Shown here: positions 17,401-31,699 of the stretch, in pieces
Layout: the number at the start of each line of letters is the position of its first letter
Numbering within the stretch: the first letter of the stretch is position 1
DNA from: Antedon mediterranea
Taxonomy: Eukaryota; Animalia; Echinodermata
Direction: 5' to 3'
DNA: 64,000 nucleotides
NCBI RefSeq assembly: GCF_964355755.1
Contig: NC_092670.1
Location: 40,164,388 to 40,228,387 of the forward strand
Notes under the pieces: model-generated
Seen by the model: the letters and a program-made list of their open reading frames with translations, nothing else
The model's database searches: none
What the model was told of the DNA's origin: nothing
Program-made: the position numbers and the translations under genes

Positions 17401-18699
17401 GAATGCTGTAAATTTTGGGAAGTAATATGATTTTATGAGTAGGTATAAAAACACCATTTTAAACTAAATTTAAATTGAGAACCGTTCACACCGACTCATT
17501 TCAGATTGTGTACAATACTCAATGTGTGTTATCAAAAAGCGTAACGTACTGTAGTCCGGAGTTTTCCCCGGGCACCGGATCAAATCCGGGTATACTGTAA
17601 GTGTGAACCAACTTAAGTGTGATTTAAAAAAGATAATTATTTTGACATTTGATGAATAAATCAAAATAAATATTAAGACATAATGCGTAGAGTATTGTCT
17701 TGGCAACTGCCTATTGTTACAACAAGCAAGTACTGTAGGGAAGGAAGTGACTCAATACTACAAAAAGGAAATAATCTAATAGGAAAGCACTTGACTATTT
17801 GCTGTATTTCTATTATATGTTATAATACCAGTGCTATGTGAGTGCACCATTCTATAGTACATGGGTTTACTGGTAAATCCTAGAACATAGTAAAATCTTT
17901 GAGGAACCAGTAAATCCACTAAATTACTGTACTTTGGCGAGTAAATCATAGATTAGTGAAACCCTTGAAGGACCTGTAAATCCAATCAGTAACTGGGCGT
18001 TTTGACCAGTAATAACTTTGAAGAAATCTGTAAAATATCTTGGTAATAGAGCATTTTCCCAGTACAACAATCTTTCAAACAATATTAGTAACAAAACTAT
18101 TGATTTCCTGTTAGATTTAATTCCAGTCTAGTATAAAAAGGATACTAGCCTAGTATTAGTAAAAATATTCCAATATATGACACCTGTATCGACAGTCAAT
18201 AGTTTCTGCCATTTCTGAGTGCTCAACATTTTTTCTTATACTACCTAGTTCAGTCTATAATAATCCATTAAAATAGATGCATGACCCCAAATTGTAAAAT
18301 AAATATGATTATTAAAATGCTGGTATAAATGTATACAAAGTGATGCTATCCAGATGATAAATGTTAGGCCTAATTATTATTATGTCATGTCATTTTAATC
18401 TATTTATTACTACCTAACCTAGCCTTAGCTAGGGGGCCTAGGCCTCTAACTTCTAAGCCAAGGCCTAGCCTAGACTAGAGAAGCAAACAACTAAAAGGCC
18501 TACATTCACATATTTTTAGGGATCTTAATTCTTATCATTAAATAATTATAATAATTATTATTTCCAATAAATTTTATTTATTTAATATGTAACTTATTTA
18601 TTTAATTATATATTGCAGTTGGTATCTACTGTACTGCTGTAGCTAGCTAGGCCTATGCCGGTCTACACTTAAAGATTTTCAATTGAGCCCCTCCCTCTC

Positions 18700-19300
18700 C
18701 GTCCAACAGAGCCAAGCCTACGGACGATCCCAACAGAGAGAGGCCTAGCCTAGGCTAATCACAACAAAACGCGGACTGGCCTGGCTTAACTTTACACATG
18801 CTAGACTAGTAAATAACGAAGCTAAATTCGCCAAAAAAATATATAATACTAGACCAAACCTTTGTTAGATCCTATCACAGTCTTCGTATGTCATAAAATG
18901 TAATCAAGTAAGTAAAACATTAGGCCATAAAGCCCACCACTATTACTAAATACACAGAAAACACAGAGAAGGGCGGTGAGTGGTGTGTGTACTTCTCGTC
19001 TCTCGACGATCTCTCCTCACAACACACACGGAAATCTGGAATGGAACTGCTCTCCGATTGTGTACGGGGCGCCATTTGACACATTTATGTTTTTAACGGA
19101 AATTCAATGACATGATGTTGCTGTCCACACGTGTCTATCATCACGTCGAAGAAAGTCACTGAGGTCTCGGGTCCATTCTCTGCCGCTCGATCTGGGGTTC
19201 TAACTCCAATACTAACCTCTCTAGTAAACTACAAAAAAATCCACAACCGAGCTTTAGTAGTATAGGCAAGCGCGTTGGAAAATCGTTTGATGTCACCGTC
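18700..19300 (-). promoter_or_regulatory. probable Ral promoter and first non-coding exon
   Basis: CpG-rich island ~5 kb upstream of the 5'UTR acceptor; YY1-like CAAATGGCGC on the minus strand (~19069-19078); candidate donor AAAG|GTTTGG near 18859. Inference only. Confidence 0.45.
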
Positions 19301-19341
19301 GATGCATATCCTTCTATTCTTTAATCCATGCACATACATAT

Positions 19342-19593
19342 AGTGGAGTTGTGCCTTGGTGGTTATGATGCTTGGCTACCACTTCAAGTGTCCGGGGTTC
19401 AAGTCCCGTCACATGTCAGGATTTTTTCTAAGGACAAAATTACAACTCCACTCCCAAAGACTTGTAATAAGACTTTGTTTATGTAGAGCATCTTGTGTAT
19501 ATGTTTGTCTTGTGAACCTCTGAGGGTCCCTATTGATCAGAAATTGCTGGATGGATCACCCTCATTAAATATGGTTAAAAAAAAACAAAAAAA
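19342..19593 (+). mobile_element. tRNA-derived SINE with poly(A) tail
   Basis: A-box-like TGCCTTGGTGG, B-box GGTTCAAGTCC, A-rich tail; the 3' ~110 bp are shared with 25375-25483. Confidence 0.75.
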
Positions 19594-19789
19594 CATATAT
19601 ACTTTCACGGAAGTGAAACCACCTTTGCATCTATTAACACGTCATACACGCCTGTAAAAATAAATTACGTCATAGTATTAACGTATAAAGCGCTTCACAT
19701 TAAAAGTCAGTTTCAATAAAATAAACAAAAATAAATAGATGAAAACATGGCTTCTTATATAAGTAGTGTTTAAATTATTTCTTCAATGT

Positions 19790-20125
19790 GGGTACCCACC
19801 CTGCATGCATGGGAACCATTCATCATTTTACCACTCTGTTTTTATTTCCTTTCCGAGGTTGTGGGATACCCTCTCTATTGAAGTGACTGATTTATGCCTT
19901 TTTGGTTCCTCTAAGTTTTTCCCTGCCTTATTTAATGTATTTTGCTGTTAACTTGTTTTTGTCTGCACCAGAAGGAGAGTAGCCTACTCGCATAGTAACT
20001 TGTCACTTTTCTACAATCCGCCAGACTGGTCTTAGTTTTCTTGTGTGTATTTTTTGTTATTGGTTTATATGTTTTATATGTCTTCTGGAAAATAAATGAA
20101 TTGAATTGAAATCATTGAATTAAAT
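19790..20125 (+). mobile_element. 3' end of CR1/L2-group LINE
   Basis: Degenerate ORF2 C-terminal motif FYHSVFISFPRLWDTLSIEV (cf. SFF...LWNSLP), then AATAAA and a (TGAAT)n tail. Confidence 0.55.
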
Positions 20126-20833
20126 CTGTATTTCATAGCTTATCAATTATATTGGCGTCAGCGTCAGTCTTAATATACTATGCATAAACACACAATGTTT
20201 TGTTGTGGGAGGATACTTGGCAATTTTAGATAGACATTATTTACGTAATCTTATTAGTTTTATACTCTAATTCTATTTCGTGTTTGTTTTTTATTTATCT
20301 TTTATACATTCTAATATTTCATTTAATTATTTGCTTCCTGCAACTCACATTTTACGTACGTCCGTAATCTGAAGTTCAAAAAGCAAGTCCACTGTTATTT
20401 ACGAATTCGAAAGTATTGTTTGAACATATTGAAAAGAATTTGAAAATGGTGGTACGTCTGCAAATACTACTAGTAATTAAATATTATTATTTAAATTAAT
20501 GATTACCATACAGTACAAAAAAATGTTTACTTTTATATTTGCTGTTTATTACTGAAATACAATGCAAATACACAAAACAAATAAAGATATAACATTTGGT
20601 GGCGCTGTTATCTTTACTGAATTCAGCTTATGGAAGACTTATAAATTACCACTCCATAGGCGTATATATTACATAGCACTTATTTAACTGTAGGACTTTC
20701 ATTACAAAAAGTTTACTTGGATTGGATGGACAAAATTCAACATAAGCTATGGGCACAAAATGTTAAGACGTGTAACAATAAAAATTACGTTACTATATAG
20801 GCCTACTGATGAATAAACTTGAAATTAGCAGAC

Positions 20834-23800
20834 TCATGTGGCCAACGTTGACAATCCCGAATACGATGATATAATGGGACTTGTAGGTAGGCCTACATCA
20901 GTATCCGTACGGTAGCCTATATATAGTACTGCTACTACAAATATGATAAAGACAGTGATTACTATAATACCAGTCACCAGTGCACAAATCGTCCAGTATC
21001 TGGCTCGTTTAGCTGAGCTTGCGGCGCTTGCATCATCACCAAGGCGAAACATAGTCCGACTCTGAAAAACAATTTAGATTGATTGAGATTGATTGAGATT
21101 GATTGAAACATAACTAAAAACATGTTAAATAAAGAAAATAAATAAAATCCACTGTTGTCGGCATTATAGGCCTACTGTATTTCGTATTTAATTGGATAAT
21201 ATACCAGGAAAGAGGAGTGAGTTCCTCTCTCTGGTAGGTGATGTACAAAATCAATGTAGACTCCAAGACTGCATTTATTGTCTTTTTCACGCTGCTGCTT
21301 TAGCCAGCTACGTCCCAAGAGGACTACTCATTCAGAAGCTAAAGCAAGCAGCAGTTACAGTTCTAGAGGCCGACGTTTTTGGTAATTTGTAAACTAGGAC
21401 AGGTCATGCTAAAATTACAAACCCCAAAGCACGTCTGAGAGAAGAGAGTCTATGAAAAAATTTGCTGATAATACAGTATTATAATAGATGCATGTAGACA
21501 GTAATCTGTAAAATCTTGTTCAATAAATAATGACTTTATTCTTGCTGTCAACCTAGGCCAGTACTATAATAATTCACTGTCAAATAATCAGAACATTATA
21601 TCTGGTATTTACAATGAGTTCCATTTGACTGTCAATCTAGTGGTCAATCTAGTGGTCATTCTAGATCAATATTATAATACTGTAATACAGATAATCATTG
21701 AATTTCATTTCAATCTGTATGTCATTGAGTCTGTAACAAAAAAATAATATTTATTTATGTATAAAAACAGAAAAGAAACATTTAATTATAACCCCAAAAC
21801 CATCGTCTGACAGACAATTTAAGTATTTTTTGCTTTAAATTACATTTTTTTTGGGTAAATAATTGTTTGGTTAATGTGAATAACTATTATGTGACAATAA
21901 AATGACACATTCAAAAACAAATTTGAAATAAAAAATATTTTTCTGGGGGACAATATATCTTTAAGACTGTTACGTCAACAAGCGAGCAGCGTTTTTTGTA
22001 AGAAATATTTCTTGTTTATTTTAGTCCACCAGTCGTCGTTTTGATTTTTGTCTGCGAGATCAAGTTTTACGAATGCAACGCCATATGTGCCAAATATTAA
22101 TTTGAAACTCAGTCTAGAACGTAGAATTATCTGTTAAAACACCCTATAGATAATTGTCATTTGTTTGGAAGATTGTGGGTCATACCCCGTACAAACAAAT
22201 ATGACGATATTACAATTGTTTCCACTGACACATAGTAAATTGGAGGAAGGGATCTGTTGAGTTAAAAACATATATGTACCGTAATTGTGATTGAAGAAAA
22301 GCTAAACGATAAAATGTTCATAGAATTAATTGTATTATTAATTTTTGCAGACTTAGCAGAAGAGAATTATAAACTTACATCTACACTGTAGATAATTCCG
22401 ATAAGTCCAAATGGACAACAGCAGAATAAAGTCACAAGTATAGCAGAAAGGAGGTAATTGTTAGGCCTGGTTCTTACGGTCGTTATTGCTGTCGGTGGAA
22501 CGGGCTGGATGTTGTCGGTTTGACCTGCAGGTTGTGGCTGTGGCGGTGGTTGTGGTGGGTAGGCGGGCTGAGAACATAAAAGTAATATATAGGTGATTTT
22601 TTTCTGTTGATGAAAGTGGAGCTGTAGCTTGGTTGATAACGTGCTTGCCTTACAATCTCAAGATCTAAGGTTCAATCCTGACCTAGTGCTGGGTTGTAAC
22701 TCACGATTCTTTCATCTCCACTCACTAAGTTTGTAAGTACAATCAATTATTTTAATAATTGATCGTACTTACAAATTTAAAAATAGTTTATCCATCCTAT
22801 GTGATTGCTCACTCTTTATTTGTAATATTTATTGCTAGTTCATAGAACAAAACATTAACACCAAAATGAACTCAATATATTTTAAAACAAACAAAATATG
22901 ACAGAAAAGGTTCTCAGTGTAAAACAGTTTATCCAGGAAAGAGTGTAATTTCATTCTTCCCTGGTCTATCCACATGAATTAGCGAACTACTCGCTATTGG
23001 AGATGCGTATGAAATAAATTTTTTTTAAGTGACAGAGTTGGAGGTTTACTGTGAGAAATATGAAATATAGTATTAAATGTCAACATATTATTTTTCTCAG
23101 AATGTATTTAAGCAACTTACTTGTGCTGCTGGATAACCTACTGATGGTTGGTAGGCAGGAAGTGGATACTATAAGTCAAAAGTACATTACAATTAAGATC
23201 AAGGTTAACAAAAAAAAAATTAAAATGTTAAAGTTAGTAAATTAGACAAACAACAACAATACAAGGACACATTTTTGTTATTAAATTACACTTTGTCTTT
23301 AATGATTTTAAGGGTATTTGAATTTTTCAGATGATTGTTTAGGTTATTCCACAGATGAGCGCCACGATATGTTAAACTTCTTTTTTTTCACGCTGCTGCT
23401 CTAGTCCGCTACGTCACACGAGATGACTCATTTATTGGATGAAATCAAGCAGCAGTTATAGTACTACACTTTGACATTTTTGCTAAAATGGAAACTCGAC
23501 TATAATTTATAGGTACCAGCTGCATTTCTGGTATTTATGAGTCCTATGACAATACTGTATTTCGCTGTCAGATAATCATTGAATTATTATCAAAACAGTC
23601 CATGAAAGTTTTTTGTTTGTAATATGATACTTCACACTTGAAGTATCTAAGGTGTGATGAAGTGACCCCCAGACTTGACCTTAGCAATAAAATAAACTAA
23701 ATTGAGTCTGTTTCATATCAAAGTTATTCACTTCTGTAACAAAATTCACATTATAAAAAGAGAAAAGAGACAATTGAAATATTTTTTGCTTTTAATTACA

Positions 23801-26642
23801 TTTTTTCAGGTAAAATAACTATTATGTGGCAATAAAATGACACATTCAAAAACAAATTTGAAATAAAAAATATTTTTCAGAGGGACAATATATCTTTAAA
23901 ACTGTTACGTCAATAAGCGAGCAGCGTTTTTTGTAAGAAATATTTCTTTTTATATTCTGTATTTGGCTTATGTATCCATCCTGAATTATTGGAGAACTAC
24001 TCGCTATTGGAGATGCGTATGAAATAATTTTTGTTAAGTTACAGAGTTGGAGGTTTACTGTGAGAAATATGAAATATAGTATTAAATGTCAACATATTAT
24101 TTTTCTCAAAATGTTTTTAAGTAACTTACTTGTGCTGCTGGATAACCTAGTGATGGCTGGTAGGCTGGAAGTGGATACTAAAAAAATAACAGCACATTAA
24201 AATGCTTCAGCCGATTCTCAGTAATTTATCTACCAGTACCATATGAATATTTGGTAATATAACATAACACAACATGTGTTTAACGTTCTTTCTAGTAGTA
24301 ACCTATATAACCTAACCTTACATGATACAGGCACCACTTTAGATACTTCAGAAATAGATAGTAAGTGGAGATATGGCACTGATCGGGTTGTTTTACGGTA
24401 CTTAAGTTGGCAAGCAAAACATATACGACTTGTACGTGATTTAGGCCTAGACAGAGAAGGACACCATCTAGCTGTAAATGTATCTATATTATTTGCTTTT
24501 TATTATATTGATCATTGGTTTGTTGATAAATGCATATATACAAGAGTAGGCAGTTAAAGGTTAATATCAAAGGTGACTATACAAACTTATTATGAAAAAT
24601 TATTCTATTTAAATCATTTAAAAATGTCCCTGTCTCATAACACTGTACAGCAGTATCAGTCAGCGAAAAAAACAATTCTGCTCCTCACCCCCCCCCCCCC
24701 CCAACCCCCATATGACAGTTTATCCACCAGGAAAGAGTGCAATTTCATTCTCCCTGGTCTATCCATCATGAATTAGCGAACTGCTCGCTATTGCAGATGC
24801 GTATGAAATTTTTCTTTACTGCTTACTGTGAGAAATATGAAATATAATATTAAATGTCAACATAAATTATTATGTAAGTAACTTACTTGTCCTGCTGTAT
24901 AACCTAGTGATAGGTAGGCCTGGTTCGGGAAAGACTGCATTACTCTGCTAATAGAAAAAAAAATAACAGCACATTAAAATGCTTCAGCCGATTCTCAATA
25001 CTTTATCTATAAGTACCATGGGAATATTTGGTAATACGACATGTTTTACATGTAGTAGTAACCTATAACCAAACCTAACATGATACAGGCACCACATGTG
25101 ATATAAATGAAATGCTGTATTAACAAATATTTCTATGATACTTTTGAAATAGATACGAAAAATGTATTCTATTAAATCACTGTATTAAGGTATTAGGCAC
25201 CTAACACTAACAGAGTTTCCCACTAAGATGTTCCCTCAATAGATGTGATCATTGGTGTTGAAATTCCCATTTATTTCTGTTTGGGCTCATGCCTATTACT
25301 TGCCCTGGCAAGATGAAATGTAAATCGTACTTTTTAAGAACTTTTACCGAATAAATATTATTATTATAACACTTTAGAGCATCTTGTGTATATGTTTGTC
25401 TTGTGAACCTCTGAGGGTCCCTAATGATCAGCAATTGCTGGACGGATCACCCTCAATAAATATGGTAAAAAAAAAAAAAAAAAACATCCGTTAAACAATA
25501 ACTTACAAAAAAAAAGAGAAACAATAAACCAGAAAATTAACCACATCTTGAACAATCACAACATTGCACCATGGAGGTGCAATTGGAGGATGATTGCACC
25601 AACACTGATGATGCAGGTTTGATTATGGAGGAACGCCGTTACGCAACATTTCGATGACTGGCGTTCCATATTGGATTGTGTAAAGTATATTGCTTACTAT
25701 ATTGATTTAATAAACCAATTCCAAATATCATTAATTCTGTTTTTAAAACTATGAATGGAGTTCTCCAATATTCATAATATGAGAGAACGTTATTCGTAAC
25801 ATCAGGCTTGCAATATTGTCAATTAATACCCGATGCGTTCCTATTTGCATGAGCTGTACAACAAGTTAATTTGTGGCTGCCTATTATCAAGTCACTTTTC
25901 AAAGTGGGGTTATACATTATACAATTCTATCTATTTATCTAAATATACTGTTAAAGTTAATCATGTATTTTCTTTGCTTTTGTAAAGTTTCCACTGTATT
26001 TTCAATTTGTGGTCTAAATTTTTTTTTACTGTAAATTTTACAGCAGATTGTTAACAGTGTAGGCGTAACTCAAATTTAGACAATTTTTGTACATTTCTCA
26101 CTTGCGGGGTTATTTGGATTTCTCTCCAAAATATATAGGCCTAATAATTAATGAAATGGTAACGATATTTTTAAAGTATTAGATTATTATTAAAGATTAT
26201 TTTCACTTTTTTTACATTTACAATGCTTATAAATTATTATCGAATCGTTTGATAAACTTTTTATAAGAAAAATAAGAATGCTAATTAGCAGAGGACGAAG
26301 TCAGATATCAACGTACACAAAATAATTGAATGACAATGCGTTACTAATTACTCATAGACCTATCAAATGATCTTGTTTTGAGAAAATACTGGTGTTCCAA
26401 ACTTAAATAAAATCTACATTGCAAACTTACATTATTGTTATTGCTTCTCTGTCTGGATACAACCGATCGTAGCAGCAATACCACTCCCATTAAGGAAACA
26501 AAAAACGCGAAAAATAATATAAAATACGTACATCTATCGGAAATGATCATCTGATCTCGGTGTGTGGTGGGCACGCCTTCTGTGATTTATTTCTCTTACT
26601 TCGACCCTTTTGCTTCAGTTGTATCCCCCTTTCCGTACTCAT
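20834..26642 (-). CDS. proline-rich CD225/dispanin (IFITM/PRRT1-like) transmembrane protein; N-terminus uncertain
   Basis: In-frame exons 26642-26600 (may be UTR; ATG at 24940 may be the start), 24947-24887, 24177-24130, 23168-23121, 22567-22379, 21061-20834 give MQSFPNQAY...YPLPAYQPSLGYPAAQ YPLPAYQPSVGYPAAQ PAYPPQPPP...RPNNYLLSAILVTLFCCCPFGLIGIIYSVDSRTMFRLGDDASAASSAKRARYWTICALVTGIIVITVFII. This is the CD225 signature. Confidence 0.88.
22616..22730 (+). mobile_element. tRNA-derived SINE head
   Basis: AGTGGAGCTGTAGCTTGGTTG...GGTTCAATCC; homologous to the minus-strand copy at 60723-60839. Confidence 0.6.
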
Positions 26643-26996
26643 CTGAATTATGACATGTACAGCCACAGAAGAAGATATATTTTATATCTACCTTTATTTC
26701 ATTAAAGTATTGTACAGTAACCTCATTGTAATGTTTTTTTCTTGTTTTTTTCCAATTTTGTTAATGGTGGTCTCTACTTAAAGTCTATTTCTAGACTTAG
26801 TATTTTGATCACCATCTACATTTATATGTAATGATTTATAAAGAAATATATGTATTATATGTGTGAAGTCAATCAACAACAAACAAACCATAGATATAAC
26901 CTGCTAACTTTGTCAGTGGCTATTTGCGTGAAACATCAAATTAAAATTGCATATAGCGCCCTCTATGTTATAATAACTCAAAATAATCGCCTGAAT

Positions 26997-27461
26997 AAAA
27001 TGTACACCATTATGTTGATGTGTGTGCCACCGATATAAAACTTTTATATCGGGTGGCACACATATCAACATAATGGTGTACATTCATTCATTTATAGGAA
27101 TCACTTTTATATCGGGTGGCACACACATCAACATAATGGTGTACATTCATTCATTTATAGGAATCACTTTTATATCGGGTGGCACACACATCAACATAAT
27201 GGTGTACATTCATTCATTTATAGGAATCACTTTTATATCGGGTTGCACACACATCAACATAATGGTGTACATTCATTCATTTATAGGAATCACTTTTATA
27301 TCGGGTGGCACACACATCAACATAATGGTGTACATTCATTCATTTATAGGAATCACTTTATATCGGGTGGCACACACATCAACATAATGGTGTACATTCA
27401 TTCATTTATAGGAATCACTTTATATCGGGTGGCACACACATCAACATAATGGTGTACATTT
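26997..27461. repeat. palindrome whose right arm is amplified as a 63-bp tandem array (~6.7 units)
   Basis: Left arm AAAATGTACACCATTATGTTGATGTGTGTGCCACCGATATAAAA, followed by repeats of its reverse complement plus CATTCATTTATAGGAATCAC; explains ORFs 27022..27387 and 27243..27449. Confidence 0.92.
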
Positions 27462-30450
27462 AAAAAAAATTAAAAAGTGGAAACAAAATTACAAATACAA
27501 TTAGTAGACTATAGAAAAAATACCAAGTTCTAAATACTATAAATACATCAAAACAATGTGTAATGTAATTAAAAACAAATAAAAGTAATGTGTTCATTAT
27601 CTATTTTGGCCCTAAGCCCAGTAAAAACACATACATAAACAGCTGATACATGGATAAAACAAACAAACAAAAGTGTATTCATAGTTATTCTGGTCCCTAA
27701 CGGCTGCTGCCCATTAAAACACAGAAAACGCAGGGCAGAGGGCGGTCCAGCACGATGTCCACACCGAAATCTCGAAACTGCTCTGTTTGTGTACGGGGCG
27801 CCATTTGACAACATAATAATAATGATAATAATAATGATGATGATGATGAGGCCGGTCGGTAAGTACAGAACGTCACTCGTTTTTTCAATGCTGAGAAATC
27901 GAAGTTGGAATACATTTAAACATTATTATTATATCATCGCGTATTAACACACCACTGAACATTGAAACCCAATGCTAAATAAATATACTGAACTTGAAAT
28001 GTTAATGTGTGTGATGTGATAAGTCGAATATTTTACCTAGCGCCGCCCTCTGTCACAACAATTAAAGTATACTCCCTCACGCGCCACGCTCTTCATTGCA
28101 CTCCTCGATCCAATGGTTCCGACAGCAGACGACGAAAAACATTTAATGAGCGTGAATTAATTGTCATCTTCGAGTTTATTTTGATAATTCCATCTTACCA
28201 AAAAATTAGAACATGATGTGGGTCCTGTAATTTTACCTATGTTACACTGTATATAAGCGTATATGCATCATGTCATAGGATCGGATGGCGTACATCAACT
28301 TTTTACGATCGTATATTAACGTACATGCATTTTCATTAAAATGATAAAAATGATCACCTATAATTCGTCAAAGTGACGAATTAAATTCTAGTTACCAAAT
28401 TGTCTTTTTTCTTTTCATTGTAAATGAAATTAAATAAAAAGGAACCTATATTCCATTTATAAAAGAAATAGGCCAATAAACCATGATTTTTAATTTTATG
28501 TAGCTAATTTCTTCTGGGGCCCCAGACATTTCATGTTATGGTGACACTGTTGCTTTGGTGTCCCAGGACATGATGTCGAATAAATAAATTAAAGTAAATG
28601 AAATAGGGTATTCCGACTGGGATAGGCTATATTTGAAAGAACCATTACATCAAACACTCTTCCTCCCTGATTATACGCATGTATCTTTTTGTTATAACTT
28701 TCAACATTCATTCATGTGTTTTCATGTGGTACGGTAATGTTTGTCTTACGTAGTAACATCACGTGATATAGTCTAAGAGGAGAAGAGGAACATGTTATGA
28801 TAAGTTATGTTATTAGTAATTGGATCACCGTTGTCTCTCACCATGCCCTACAGCTCTTCCCCTTCAGAGACGTACGACTCTTTGATTGTTTAGAATTAGT
28901 CAAGCACAGAGTCTCACATCACGCCCAGCATGTCTCCAGCTAGCTCCAAGCATGGAGAAGAAGAAAGAAAGCATGTACTTCATAGTGTGTACTTCACTTG
29001 GTGGTCTCTGTGTGATTAGATCAAACATTGATCTGGTACTACCTACCTCCAAGTAATTGAATTATACTCATTCAAACTTGAAAACTTGAAAGTTTCAAAG
29101 TTCAAAAATGTTCTCATCATTTTTTAATACTGCAGACACGCGTACGAAAAGAGAGATACAGCGCGGGCGTACACAAAAGTCATGCCATTAATAAATGCCA
29201 TCAGTATACATAACTTACATCTTTTTACACACTAAGAAATACATTTGTATTTAAATAGAATTTGATTCACATTATTACAAAGAAAAATTTTTGATTCAAA
29301 ATATTCAAAATAAACAATATTTCATGACGTAGGCCTACGTACGTGTATTATTACAAATTGCAATCACTGTAATTAAATCCACTGATCTATTTATTTATTT
29401 ATTTATTTTTTTTTTTTGACGTGCATCATATATATTGATTCATATCTTTTTGCTAAAAGCAAATATAGTCAGTTTTCAAGGGAAACACAAATAAGACATT
29501 TTAACCCACAAAGTCGGTCGGTAGCACGTGACTATTAGTGCGTCTCTCAAAAGACAATACATCACTGTTCGTCGCTCAGGAATCATGGCGTTTTATTGTA
29601 ACAGAAAACGTTGCGTATTCTTGGAAATCGAAGTCTTGCAATTAAAGTAATGTAAAAGACGATTGTTTGAGTTTGTTTATGAAGTGAAGTTGAGTTCAGG
29701 TCAAGCGACGACAAAGCGTAATTGTGTATAAAAAAAAATATAAAAAAAAAATATATATATATATATATATAATATTATTTCTACTACTTTAATTAATATT
29801 TAATTATTGTCTATTGTAATTGATACAATTATTAGTGTATTTTGTACTGGTGAAACCAGGCTTAAAGCTCTATATTGAGCTTATTTGGTCTTTTCCAGGC
29901 TTTGCATTTTTTTATTTAATACTTATTATGTAAAAATATTAAGTTTGATGCATTGTGAAATAAAAACGAACGAACGAACGAACAAAGAGGGCAATCTTTG
30001 TTAAACGAACAACGAACCACACGTTAATAATCCGTAGGGCGCCCCCTTAACTGTATTATTTTGCAATACTAAAATGTTATATCCCTTTATTCGTTTCAAC
30101 ATCATTCATTAAAAAAAAGTTACGAAATAAATCATCAAGATATTTATAAATACTATTACTGTGAAACAATTTTAACAATATCATATTGGTGGTCTAAAAT
30201 GACATTCGGTCGAGGTAATGCGGAATTTTATTATGTTCAAATTGTGGTTTTTGTATTTCAAAGAATCTCATATGCTTGTTAAGAAAAGGAAAATGAGGAG
30301 GATGGAAGAACTAGACATTATATTTACAGACCACAAGCAGGTTGTAAATATAATTCGTTATTAATCAGTCAAACGGATCGATTGGTCAATACTCGCGTTG
30401 CGCGTACTATTTTATGTTGCATCCTATTAAAGCTGTCTGGCACAAACGCG

Positions 30451-30634
30451 TAAAGCTTGGTTCCCACTAGAACGTAACGCAAGGACGTAAACGCAACGCA
30501 AGCGTTTTAAGCAATGACAAGCGAAGTTATAGACAGTTAGCAATCACAAGCGAATAAGCCATCACTTGTGATTGGTCAATTCACTTGCGTTGCGTTACGT
30601 CCTTGTGTTGCGTCGCTAGTGGGAACCACGCTTT
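30451..30634. mobile_element. PIF/Harbinger-like MITE, family B
   Basis: TAAAGCTTGGTTCCCACTAG ... CTAGTGGGAACCACGCTTTA with internal ACGCA/TGCGT repeats; relatives at ~6850-6984, 15381-15480, 16735-16829, 34665-34820, 44770-44938, 47480-47582, 51860-52025, 58640-58727. Confidence 0.8.
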
Positions 30635-31699
30635 AGTCGTCGTAAGTGCAGTGCAAGTTACTTGACCAATCGTAAGCGATGGATAGATTATTCGCTTGTC
30701 AATGGTGGTCAACACGCTTAACTCGTTGAGTTCTGTCCTGGTGGGAACCAAGATTATTAGGAAAGAAACCCTAACCCATCGTCACAGCAGTATTTTTTTA
30801 AATTCTGGATCTCCATTAAACCTACCTGTGTTAGGGCGTGTCTAAAAAGCGAGGGTGTGGTAGTGTCTAACAACAAATAAGAATGATTGGTTTAAAAATT
30901 GAGTCTCAATTGTTTTATACAAATGAGAAATACTAATGGTTATCCACAGTTTAACGAAAACCTGTACTAAGCAGCCTCTCGACTCCTGGACTATAATTGC
31001 TTGTTTCTACGTATAAGCATCGGAAGTTTTAACCGAGTTTTGCTTATACCACTTATCCACATTTAGGCCTAACAGATTAACCTTAAATCCATCCGGGTTT
31101 ATAATCTAAAATTTTCCGTAAATAACTGTAATATTCTTTGAACTAAAAATCTTACTAGCCTCGATTTACAAACAAAATAAACGGATAAACGAATCAAATG
31201 TGTAAACATTACAAGATCCCTAACTAATCTATAGGGATGTCCTAAATATATATGTTCATACATAAAGTCTTTCATCGGGATAGGATTTTCTTTAGATTAC
31301 CTATAATACACTTAAAGATCGGCTTAAGATCGGCATAAGATCGGCATAAGATCGGCATAAGATTTCAAAATTTGTTATTTATATATGAAAACAAAATCAT
31401 ACATAGTTGCGTTAACCCACCAAGTTCTAAAAAAAAACCTGACCGTTTATTTCTTTCATTTTCGTCGTCCCTAAACACACTACCTTTATTCTAATAATTT
31501 ATCTTTAATAATGTATACAGACCCAATTCCCCTCCCCCCCCCCCCCCCCACCCTCCCCCCAGTCACTGAAAATGTATTTAAAACGAACGATTGTAAAAGA
31601 ACTCAAGAAATCACTACATTAATAATGAAAACAATCATGGCTATTGTATTGAAACTCACCAGCGACAGGAACTGCGACGATTGGTTGCCCGCCCATTAA

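Noticed and set aside
19342-19420. tRNA gene
   Set aside because: Has A/B boxes but no proper cloverleaf and continues into a SINE body with an A tail; same for 22616, 55345 and 60723.
27022-27449. Repetitive ORFs / CRISPR-like repeat
   Set aside because: Translation of a 63-bp tandem repeat with identical linkers; frame shifts in later units.
26955-28056. CTCF-like motifs (AGCGCCCTCT, GCAGAGGGCG, CGCCGCCCTCTG)
   Set aside because: Only partial matches; cannot be separated from chance without motif scoring or ChIP.
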